DNA of 64,000 bases from a virus (Duplodnaviria; Caudoviricetes): IMG/VR virus record IMGVR_UViG_3300046167_000798. One strand, 5' to 3'. This document shows positions 8,690 through 17,017 of this stretch, in pieces (within the stretch, counting starts at the first letter, position 1; every line of letters begins with the position of its first letter). The translations under genes were made by a program, and so were the position numbers. Under the pieces are notes generated by a model. It worked only from the letters and a program-made list of their open reading frames with translations. It did not search any database and was not told where the DNA came from.

Positions 8690-10336
8690 TTATTGTATTA
8701 TAAAATTAATTTGTGTTCCATCTGCTTTCACACCTTCTTTTACTCTAAACGAAATTAAACCCGATGTATTTTCGATTGTTTCTAATGGTGTAAATACTAA
8801 TTTGTATGGTGTTCCTTGTTTAACAGTTGCACTAACGTTTTGGTCAAATGAACCAACTCTTACTAATCCATCTTGAACTATATTAGAGAAGTTTGTCATG
8901 TCATTACCAGTATCGAATATTACATTCTCTAATGAAAGTACGTTAGGGTCATATACTATATTGAACTGAGAACCAACCATTCCTTCAATATCTGAATTGA
9001 TAGAAAAGATTACTTGTCCATCTTTTATTTCAGATATTAAATCTATATTTGCTGTTTCTGTTGAACTAAATTTACTACCAGCTGCCATACTCATTCTAGC
9101 TTGTGATGATTGTGATGATGTTGCCTTTTCACCACTATTAACTGTTGGCTCCCATGAGTGAGAGAAGTTTACATCACCAACTAAACCATGTGCTAAATCA
9201 ATTGTTTTTGTTGAAACATCTGAATCAAGTGGTGTGAATGATTTAGCGAATGTTACTGTATTGTTAGTAACTGCACCATAAGTAGATTCAATACCACTAT
9301 AATCTTCTGTTTTTCCATCTTGTGTGATTCGGTTTGTATTACCACTTGTTACACCTTGTAGGTAAGCAAGTATCTCATATGAATCTTGGAAATCAACAAC
9401 ACCACCATCACCAACAACATCACCCATTATATCTTGAATGAAATAATCAAATGTAGTTGAACCACCACTTGGACCAGAACTTGCTCCAATTGCTTCAGCG
9501 AATACTAATGCTAAATCAGCTACGGTTACAACCTCATCTAAATAAGTTGCATCTTCGGCTAAGTTTGCTTCAGCAGTATAAGTTACGTTGTTTTCTAAAC
9601 CACTTACAGATGCTTGTCCACTTTCATCAAAAGTACCAGTTGCAACTGATTCACCTGCACCATTCTTAATAGTATAAGAGTAATCTGTTTTAGCTGAATT
9701 TGCTGTTTTAAGGTTAATAGTAAATGTACCAGCATTACCACCCTCGATACCACTTAGTGATTGTGTAGATGGTGATTTAATAGTTTGAATTTTTGTTCCA
9801 TCTGCTTTTTGGTAGTTTGCCCAATTCACTTTAATGATATTGTTGTAGTTATCATACCCACTACCAAACTTATCCTTTACTTTGAAGCTATACTTTACAA
9901 ATTCTCCACCATCTTCGTATGCAGCTGAGGTTTGGATTGTAGTTCTCTCTACACTCCAATCAGCAGAAGTAGAATAGGAAGCATTTCCTGCTTCATCTTT
10001 CCACCAAGTGTATTGTACATCCATATCATCTTCTGATGTATTTGCTTTTGGATTAAACTTATATCCAGTCCAATTGTTTCTGGCATAAGATGCACCTGTT
10101 GGTGCTTGTGAGGTACTTGAGATGTAAGATAACAATTTGTTGTTATATTCGAAATCAAACTGAGCCAATGTCAAATCTCCTCCATCTTGTTTGTTGTATT
10201 GGAACTTCATAATTAAAGTATCCCCTACTTTTGTTACTGTATTTACTGGACTATAATTTATCTCAGCGGGGTCATTCTGACCAGATACAGATAGTGTAAA
10301 AAATACACTAATTAATAATAATAAAATTTTTTTCAT
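8690..10336 (-). CDS. Secreted cohesin-like / Ig / dockerin-like / cohesin-like protein
   Basis: Signal peptide; KVGDTL..QFDFEYNNKLLSY (cohesin-like); VVTVADL..GDVVGDGGVVDFQDSYEIL (dockerin/EF-hand-like); GSQFNIVYDPNVLSL (cohesin-like). Confidence 0.7.
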   Translation of the reverse strand: MKKILLLLISVFFTLSVSGQNDPAEINYSPVNTVTKVGDTLIMKFQYNKQDGGDLTLAQFDFEYNNKLLSYISSTSQAPTGASYARNNWTGYKFNPKANTSEDDMDVQYTWWKDEAGNASYSTSADWSVERTTIQTSAAYEDGGEFVKYSFKVKDKFGSGYDNYNNIIKVNWANYQKADGTKIQTIKSPSTQSLSGIEGGNAGTFTINLKTANSAKTDYSYTIKNGAGESVATGTFDESGQASVSGLENNVTYTAEANLAEDATYLDEVVTVADLALVFAEAIGASSGPSGGSTTFDYFIQDIMGDVVGDGGVVDFQDSYEILAYLQGVTSGNTNRITQDGKTEDYSGIESTYGAVTNNTVTFAKSFTPLDSDVSTKTIDLAHGLVGDVNFSHSWEPTVNSGEKATSSQSSQARMSMAAGSKFSSTETANIDLISEIKDGQVIFSINSDIEGMVGSQFNIVYDPNVLSLENVIFDTGNDMTNFSNIVQDGLVRVGSFDQNVSATVKQGTPYKLVFTPLETIENTSGLISFRVKEGVKADGTQINFIIQ

Positions 10337-10844
10337 AATAAGTCCTTAATAATTTGCCTCACATACCTTTTTTAAAGCTATACTAGCAGTTTGTTGATTA
10401 AATGTTCCGTCTTGTGCAACTACAAGAGTACTAGTAGAAATCGTTTTACTCGTTCCTTTTTGAGTAGTACGTTTTTTAACCTTTTCCCTTGACTTCTAAT
10501 TCACCAATTGCTATAATCTGCGTTAGTGAAACATCTTTGTGAAACACCGCAACTGATGTTCCAATATTTTTTATATCAAAAAAGACCAATCTTACATTTA
10601 TTTGCGTAGATGCTTGGTCTGATAAATCATAATCTAAATCCATTAATAATTCTTCGAGGATATTCTTTACACCAACTGCAAGGTTTCGGTTACCTGCAAA
10701 CTTACCCATACGGATTTCGTTGGTTACTGAACCGACCTTTATGAGGTTGTTATCACTTGTGTGAATCTCGTTTGAACCAGTCGGTAATAAAACAAAGATA
10801 CACAAAATGAATATTTTAAATACATTTAATGTAGCGTACTTCAA
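10333..10844 (-). CDS. Second CsgG-fold-like exported protein (~169 aa after repairing two indels; TTG start)
   Basis: GGAG upstream of TTG; removing one base at 10480-10485 and one at 10357-10358 restores an ATGA overlap with 10336; LAVGVKNILEELL and FNQQTASIALKK match segments of 6551..7270. Confidence 0.55.
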
Positions 10845-10871
10845 AGTAATCTCCTATATTAATAGATTACT
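10845..10871 (-). promoter_or_regulatory. 8-bp hairpin overlapping the RBS of the first gene of the secreted-protein operon
   Basis: AGTAATCT-N11-AGATTACT; GGAG straddles loop and 3' arm; stem ends directly before TTG. Confidence 0.45.
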
Positions 10872-10985
10872 GTAACTAATTAAAGAAACGATTGAATGTA
10901 AACGTTTTGAATAAAACGATATTGGTATAACTGTGAGTATTTGGTTATTCGTATAACGAATTCTATTACTCTTTACACAAATAAA

Positions 10986-10994
10986 TATAAGTAT
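10986..10994 (-). promoter_or_regulatory. Class B motif ATANTTATA
   Basis: ATACTTATA in the 170-nt gap upstream of the secreted operon. Confidence 0.45.
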
Positions 10995-11013
10995 TAGATA
11001 CTAAAGGGTAGGT

Positions 11014-11907
11014 TTATTGAATTTTTTTTAATTCTGGTAGAAAATTATCGTGGGATATTTTTTTAAATTCCTCTCTTCTATCGTAAACTGAGAGAGAATT
11101 TAGGTAATGATAATGTCCTCTATATTTGTAGTTTTCACAAACTACTAGGTTTTTTATTTTGAATTGATGAATTTCTTCATTTTGTTCTCTAACGAGTTTT
11201 TCACTACCCACCATTAAAAAGGTATCTTCATAACCATAGTGAGCAAATGAATCTGGTATTCCAATTCTATTTAGAAGTTTTCCACTTATACAAGTGAACC
11301 ATCCTCCTGCAAATTTAAATCTTGATTGAGGGGAGTTTGAATTATTTACAGGTACAATACTAATATCTCCTTTGATACCACTATCTTTATAAGGGTCATT
11401 TGTTTTTTGATATTCAAGTGGTTTATCTAAGAATTGTTCATTTACAATACAATCCCAAGTATTATCCCAAACTCTAACGATTTCAGGTGTGATTACTGAT
11501 AATGGATAATCTTTATTTATACCTTGAATAGAAGATACAATATAAGATAGGGTTCTTTCTTCAAATATAATATCAGTATCTAACCAAATAAAGTAATCAG
11601 CATCATTATGCTTATTGAGTGAAAATCTTCTCTGAGATACACATCCTAATATTTCTTCAGATACTTGAAATGTTTTTACACACCAATCAGTATGATATGA
11701 TAACTTTAAAAATTTATCTACAAAGTATTTTTTATTTATAGATGATTTATTCCAATCAACCATTTCACCTGAAGTACATAATGTTACATCAAGATTCCAA
11801 TCAATTCCTTTTGGAGAATAATATTGTGCCCTACGAAGTTGATTTAGAGTATTTTCTAATTCATCAATCTCGTAAGGCAAACAAAATATGGATATTACTA
11901 TTTTCAA
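11014..11907 (-). CDS. GT-A fold glycosyltransferase (GT2-like)
   Basis: FIWLDTDIIF DxD motif; YGYED; glycan cluster context. Confidence 0.7.
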   Translation of the reverse strand: MKIVISIFCLPYEIDELENTLNQLRRAQYYSPKGIDWNLDVTLCTSGEMVDWNKSSINKKYFVDKFLKLSYHTDWCVKTFQVSEEILGCVSQRRFSLNKHNDADYFIWLDTDIIFEERTLSYIVSSIQGINKDYPLSVITPEIVRVWDNTWDCIVNEQFLDKPLEYQKTNDPYKDSGIKGDISIVPVNNSNSPQSRFKFAGGWFTCISGKLLNRIGIPDSFAHYGYEDTFLMVGSEKLVREQNEEIHQFKIKNLVVCENYKYRGHYHYLNSLSVYDRREEFKKISHDNFLPELKKIQ

Positions 11908-11908
11908 T

Positions 11909-12889
11909 TTATGATAAATCTACTTGTGATAATACTGAATCCCAATTATCAAACTTGATTCCTTTATCATCAATATATGCAACTGCTCTCGGTTTTTGTG
12001 AAGTTACTTTAGAAACGTATTGATTTAAATCATGTTCTTTTAACCATTCCCAAATTAATTGAGTACCACTTTGTCCATTTACTAAACCTCTATCTTTTCT
12101 CGCTTTTGCAGAATATACAATTACAACATATTTCTCAGATAGTTTTTGTAATGCTTCTCTTGCACCTTCTACTGGTTCATCATAAACAGTTCCATCGTGG
12201 TATCCTTTTGAGTTCTTGTGAATAACACCATCGAAATCTACACCGATGTTTACTAATTCATCAGGATAAGAATGTTCTCTTGTTGCAGATGCACCACCTT
12301 GTCTATTTAGTAATTCTAAATCTTCTGGTTTGTTTTGGAAAATAGGAGGACAAACTTTACCACTACCATGTGTAAGTTGATAAGTAAGTAATAATGTAAG
12401 TACTTCTGATGTGTGATAATACTCAGCACCTAATACAACTTCTGATAAGTTGTTAATCTTTTCTGGTATTGGAGCTGATGTAATCATTGCTATTTGCATT
12501 CCTCTTGATTCACCATCTTCTAATGCTCTCATGATATCAATTGATTTACCACTTGATGAGATACCAAGAATTAATGTTTTCTTTAATTGTTCTGGTGTTT
12601 GAGATACTGTTCTCTGTCTTACCCAATGAACCATCCAATCATCAAACGAAGAATCGTTGATTAGAGAGGTTGCTACAATGGCACTACCAGGTGCCTGTGC
12701 ATTCTTTGTTCCATTTGATAACCTTGAGATATCAGTTGCTGCATGGTCTGCAACTCCTAAGTTTCCACCATGTCCTAATACAAATATATCAACACAATCG
12801 TTGAATTTTTCTTGTATATCATTCCACTCTTTTGTATTGATGACTTCTAAGAATTTATCACCAATGTTTTCGAAATTTAATCCTGCCAT
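11909..12889 (-). CDS. SIS sugar-phosphate isomerase fused to HAD phosphatase
   Basis: IFVLGHGGNLGVADH and GISSSGKS (GmhA/SIS-like); VDFDGVIH and YIDDKG (HAD). Confidence 0.8.
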   Translation of the reverse strand: MAGLNFENIGDKFLEVINTKEWNDIQEKFNDCVDIFVLGHGGNLGVADHAATDISRLSNGTKNAQAPGSAIVATSLINDSSFDDWMVHWVRQRTVSQTPEQLKKTLILGISSSGKSIDIMRALEDGESRGMQIAMITSAPIPEKINNLSEVVLGAEYYHTSEVLTLLLTYQLTHGSGKVCPPIFQNKPEDLELLNRQGGASATREHSYPDELVNIGVDFDGVIHKNSKGYHDGTVYDEPVEGAREALQKLSEKYVVIVYSAKARKDRGLVNGQSGTQLIWEWLKEHDLNQYVSKVTSQKPRAVAYIDDKGIKFDNWDSVLSQVDLS

Positions 12890-12891
12890 AA

Positions 12892-13554
12892 TTATTTATT
12901 TTGTTTTAATTTATATATTATTTCTGCTGTTTGGAATTCAAAAGGAGTGTTGATATCTACTCCCTCGTATTCATTAAGTATAATAAAATTTGGTTTATCA
13001 CCAATAACTCGTGATTTATTTTTCATTATATTCTTATCTACAATTGTTATACCATAATTTATCATTTCAATATCAGGTAAATCCTGTGAATTTGGTACAT
13101 TATTTAAATCATAGTTAATAGGTTTACCATCTAACCACAAATGTCCTTTTACCAAAGAAGTTGAAGTTAAACTATCACATTCTGAATTCATGAATTGGTC
13201 TATAGCCTCTTCATGTTTTTCAGAACTAATGAAAGGAGAACATACAGGTGCCAGAAATATATAATCAGTATCAGTTGTTTTACCAATATGACCATGAAAC
13301 TCAGAATTAGAAGCTTCACTACTTGCAAAGTACTCTTCTCTTTTCTTTGTTTTTACACCATATGATTTTCCTATTTCAATCATTTTATCACAATCACTAT
13401 TGACTATGATTTCATCTATATTACTAACCTTTAATAAAGTTTGTAATTTTAAATCCAATAAGGTTGTATCACCAAATGGTTTAATATTTTTATTAGGTAC
13501 TCTCTGAGAACCTTTACGAACCGCAACTACTGCTGTAACTTTTCCTTGTTTCAT
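12892..13554 (-). CDS. neuA: CMP-sialic/ulosonic acid synthetase (acylneuraminate cytidylyltransferase family)
   Basis: RKGSQRVPNKNIKPF, IIVNSD, DINTPFEF. Confidence 0.85.
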   Translation of the reverse strand: MKQGKVTAVVAVRKGSQRVPNKNIKPFGDTTLLDLKLQTLLKVSNIDEIIVNSDCDKMIEIGKSYGVKTKKREEYFASSEASNSEFHGHIGKTTDTDYIFLAPVCSPFISSEKHEEAIDQFMNSECDSLTSTSLVKGHLWLDGKPINYDLNNVPNSQDLPDIEMINYGITIVDKNIMKNKSRVIGDKPNFIILNEYEGVDINTPFEFQTAEIIYKLKQNK

Positions 13555-14246
13555 AACTGTCCTCCATTTACATCAATTACAGAACCATTAAGATAGTTTG
13601 AAAGTTCTGAACATAAGAATACAATTGGCCCTACTTGGTCATCAACTGTACCTAATCTTCTCAATGGAATATTTTCACATAGTTTATCTTGTTCTTCTTT
13701 TGTCATCGATTGTTCTAACATTGGAGTAAGTGTTTGAGATGGACAAGTACAATTTACATGAATACCTCTTGGTCCTAATTCATGAGCAAGTTGTCTTGTT
13801 AATCCAATAATACCTGCCTTACTAGAAGTATAATGAACTCCACTTACAATACTTTTATTTCTACCAGCAATTGAAGAAACATTTACTACCCTACTTCCAC
13901 TTTTCATTAATGGTATGGATTTTTTAATTATGTAATAAAAGGAACGAAGATTTGTATCAATTACAGAATCCCATTCATCCATTTCTATTTCTTCTATTTT
14001 TTTACAAAAGTTTATACCAGCAACATTTATTAAGAAATCAATACCATTATGTTGAAGGCCTAAAATATCAGTTATTGCATCAAAGAATGTATCTATACTT
14101 TCCTTACTTGAAATATCTACTCCATCTTTTCTTGAAACTCTGATTACTTTTGCACCAAGTTCTTCAAACTTATTTGCTACTCCTAATCCAATTCCTTTAG
14201 ATGAACCAACAACTAAAGCTATTTTATTTTGAAAATTAATCTTCAT
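13551..14246 (-). CDS. SDR family oxidoreductase
   Basis: GSSKGIG, INVAGI, NVSS, YTSSK, PSQTLTPM. Confidence 0.9.
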   Translation of the reverse strand: MKINFQNKIALVVGSSKGIGLGVANKFEELGAKVIRVSRKDGVDISSKESIDTFFDAITDILGLQHNGIDFLINVAGINFCKKIEEIEMDEWDSVIDTNLRSFYYIIKKSIPLMKSGSRVVNVSSIAGRNKSIVSGVHYTSSKAGIIGLTRQLAHELGPRGIHVNCTCPSQTLTPMLEQSMTKEEQDKLCENIPLRRLGTVDDQVGPIVFLCSELSNYLNGSVIDVNGGQL

Positions 14247-14661
14247 ATATGTGTTCTACATCTGGTTTTGTAATTGCTAATCTTGCCGCTGGTTTATCAC
14301 CAACTGCTGTAATCTTATGCCATGTGTTAGCCTTTACAACAATTATATCTCCTTGTTTAACTCTACTAACTTCTTCTTCAATTTGCCATTCATATTCTCC
14401 TTCAAGAACAACCCAACACTCATCAGCATCAGGATGATAATGTAATCTGTTTCCTTCACCAGGATTCTGTTTGATTATAACTCCACCAAATCTATCATTA
14501 TAAACTACTCGAACTGCCCAAGAATCTTTATAACCTAATTCTTTTTCTAGTGTTGGAATGTTTATTGTTTTTGGATTTTCAAATTCATGACCAGCAACTA
14601 ATAAGGAATTAGTTACTCCATCATCTTTTAATACTCGTTTTACATTACTATCTTGTTTCAT
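14236..14661 (-). CDS. Cupin-domain protein
   Basis: HYHPDADECWVVLEG, GDIIVVKANTWH; start placed at MKQDS because the upstream ATG overlaps the promoter. Confidence 0.85.
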   Translation of the reverse strand: MKQDSNVKRVLKDDGVTNSLLVAGHEFENPKTINIPTLEKELGYKDSWAVRVVYNDRFGGVIIKQNPGEGNRLHYHPDADECWVVLEGEYEWQIEEEVSRVKQGDIIVVKANTWHKITAVGDKPAARLAITKPDVEHIYED

Positions 14662-14679
14662 ATTAAGGTATTTGTTATA

Positions 14680-14711
14680 CAAATATACGAAATTTATTTG
14701 AATTATACAAA
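14680..14711 (-). promoter_or_regulatory. Class A Bacteroidota-type promoter (-33 TTTG, N20, -7 TATATTTG)
   Basis: Matches TTTG-N19-21-TAnnTTTG consensus. Confidence 0.8.
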
Positions 14712-15431
14712 TAAATCATCAAATATTTTTCGTTCATATGCCGTTATTGCTGAGTTATATCCCGCATTATATATTTTTTTACCTGCTTCTGTAAAGTATT
14801 TTACTGCAGTTTTATGTGTTGCATTCATTCTATTAAACTCAACTTCACCATTTCCAATGGATGCATGGTAATCAGGATGGAAATGATTTATATCACCTTC
14901 TGATGTATTTGTTGTGTTAGTTGCTGTTATCCAATTAGAATCACAACCTATTACATACACTTCATCAAAGTTCATATAATATGCCAATTGTAGTGCAACA
15001 TTCATAGTAGTTCCACTTTTATCCAATCTTTCTACGGCATTAGTTGAAAACTGTCTATCATCACCACATGGATATTCTGTAATAGAATCTAAATAAATTG
15101 TTTTTTGAGGAAGTTTTCCTTCACCTCTTGTTTCAATAGCATCTTTAAATTTTCTCCAAATTATAGGAGTTGTTTTTTCTTCATTTGATGCATTCAATAT
15201 GCTCTTAGACCACTTATGACCCCACTTAGAATCTTGACAATTAGAGGAAGTGAATACATAGTGAGTAGGTCTCCATTTAGTTGTTGGATATAATAACTCA
15301 ATACGATTCATTCCAATAGAGTATTCATTTTCCAACAAATCTAAGTTCATATTATTTAAAGAGGGTCCGTTACCTACTAAAAATATTCTTTTTCCTATTC
15401 CGATATCTTTTAAATCAAATATTACATTCAT
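14703..15431 (-). CDS. DUF115/MptE-like, Cst-II-like sialyltransferase-family protein
   Basis: IFLVGNGPSL, GMNRI, SGTTMNVALQLAYYMNFDEVYVIGCD; start at 15431 from ATGA overlap. Confidence 0.7.
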   Translation of the reverse strand: MNVIFDLKDIGIGKRIFLVGNGPSLNNMNLDLLENEYSIGMNRIELLYPTTKWRPTHYVFTSSNCQDSKWGHKWSKSILNASNEEKTTPIIWRKFKDAIETRGEGKLPQKTIYLDSITEYPCGDDRQFSTNAVERLDKSGTTMNVALQLAYYMNFDEVYVIGCDSNWITATNTTNTSEGDINHFHPDYHASIGNGEVEFNRMNATHKTAVKYFTEAGKKIYNAGYNSAITAYERKIFDDLFV

Positions 15432-15886
15432 AACTTTAAAAATTCTATATAATCTGAACAAACTCCATAAACATCAGTTGGTTTCCAATTCTCAATATCA
15501 TATCGACTAAGTAAAGGTATGATACATTTTTCGTTTGCCGTTAATATATTATGAGCCCAAATATGATTATCACTTATTATTGTGTACTCCTCTTTTTGAT
15601 GATAGAATATCTTTAACTGCATAGGGTTTGAGTCAACTTGTATTAGTTCAGTTAAAGAATCAAAATCTTTACAATGAATCCATAAGTGGTTTCTTCTTTC
15701 AACTAACCACTCTAATTCAATTGGATAAATAGGTTCATCATGTCCTAAATAAAAACCATCTTCATCCTTCCATATATCAATTTCAACATCATAACCTAAT
15801 GATATAGCCTTATCTATATAATCAGGAGTATTTTCAAGTTGTGGATTTTCTCCATTTATATTTCCTCTATGTGATATTAATTTCAT
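15428..15886 (-). CDS. PLC-like/glycerophosphodiester phosphodiesterase-like protein
   Basis: ISHRGN, EN, GYDVEIDIW, LGHD, GVCSD. Confidence 0.75.
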   Translation of the reverse strand: MKLISHRGNINGENPQLENTPDYIDKAISLGYDVEIDIWKDEDGFYLGHDEPIYPIELEWLVERRNHLWIHCKDFDSLTELIQVDSNPMQLKIFYHQKEEYTIISDNHIWAHNILTANEKCIIPLLSRYDIENWKPTDVYGVCSDYIEFLKL

Positions 15887-16209
15887 AGTTCTTCTATCCT
15901 TTTTGCTCTATCATCTATTAATAAATCAAATAAAGGCTTTTCACCACAACTTAAGTGGTGGTACTTACATTCCCAAGAATCTAACTGTTCTTTTGTTAAA
16001 TCAAAATAATTAGCACCTGATAAAGAACCTCTTGCGGTATAGTAAGTAACTTCCCAACCTTCATCATATAGTTTATTTATCTTATCTATGTTTTCTTTAC
16101 TAGGAATTGCCAATTCATAGATTCTATCATTTTCATAAAAACAAATAGTTTCATCTATATCAACGAATACTTTTTGTTTTCCTGGATTATTTTTTCTGTG
16201 TACTTTCAT
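15883..16209 (-). CDS. Small HAD phosphatase (capsule-biosynthesis type)
   Basis: FVDIDETIC, YYTARG, KP, LIDDRA. Confidence 0.8.
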   Translation of the reverse strand: MKVHRKNNPGKQKVFVDIDETICFYENDRIYELAIPSKENIDKINKLYDEGWEVTYYTARGSLSGANYFDLTKEQLDSWECKYHHLSCGEKPLFDLLIDDRAKRIEEL

Positions 16210-17017
16210 GATATCGTTTCCAATAGTTATAACATTCTACTGCATCTTGTTCTGATTTTACTTGACCAGAGTTAAGTATTGTTACCCATGCTTCAAAACT
16301 TTCTAATTCACTTGGTGTTCCAAATACTGTTACAAATTCTGTATCATAATAACCTACTCTAAGTTTCTTTTCAACTAATAAATTATAAGCAAGTGTTACA
16401 TAATATTCACCAGCATAATTTATATCTCTATCTATACTTTCCTTGAAACATTCTTTCATAACTCCACCATTTTTAAAATAGTAAACACCAGTTGAAGCAT
16501 GCTCATCCATAGGATTATCAGTATAACATTCTTTTTCTTTAATCTCTTCCATTAAAATTCCATCTGTTTTTAGGAAAGCCATCTTAGTTGAGTTTAAAGT
16601 ATGTGGATGTAATCCTGAATGAGTAAGGATACAACCATCTAAGTTATTATCCTTAACATATTTTTCAAAATTAGATTTATTCCATATCAATGGGTTATCA
16701 CAATAGCACACAATAACTTCTTCATTATCATCTACTAAATCTAAGAAAGGCATTACAGTAAATATAGGGCCTTTTTTATGATTTGGTAATGAAACTACTT
16801 TAGATTTTGGTGATAACTGATTTAGAATATTTTTCATATCAGTATTTTCTATATGTTGGTCATTACATATAAAAACAATTTCATCATTTTCATCAAACAT
16901 ATCTAGGATATATTCTATGATTCTTTTACCATTTACTTTTATGAGTGGTTTTGGGTCTTCGTATCCTTTTTGTACAAATCTATTACCTGTACCTGCCATC
17001 GGAATAATTACTTTCAT
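16187..17017 (-). CDS. Sugar-phosphate nucleotidyltransferase
   Basis: IIPMAGTGNRF, PKPLI, YCD, GEYYV, FGTPSEL. Confidence 0.85.
   Translation of the reverse strand: MKVIIPMAGTGNRFVQKGYEDPKPLIKVNGKRIIEYILDMFDENDEIVFICNDQHIENTDMKNILNQLSPKSKVVSLPNHKKGPIFTVMPFLDLVDDNEEVIVCYCDNPLIWNKSNFEKYVKDNNLDGCILTHSGLHPHTLNSTKMAFLKTDGILMEEIKEKECYTDNPMDEHASTGVYYFKNGGVMKECFKESIDRDINYAGEYYVTLAYNLLVEKKLRVGYYDTEFVTVFGTPSELESFEAWVTILNSGQVKSEQDAVECYNYWKRYHESTQKK

Noticed and set aside
11909-17017. Canonical GDP/ADP-heptose pathway
   Set aside because: No HddA (GHMP) or HldE (PfkB) kinase seen; the SIS motif deviates from GmhA GNGGS
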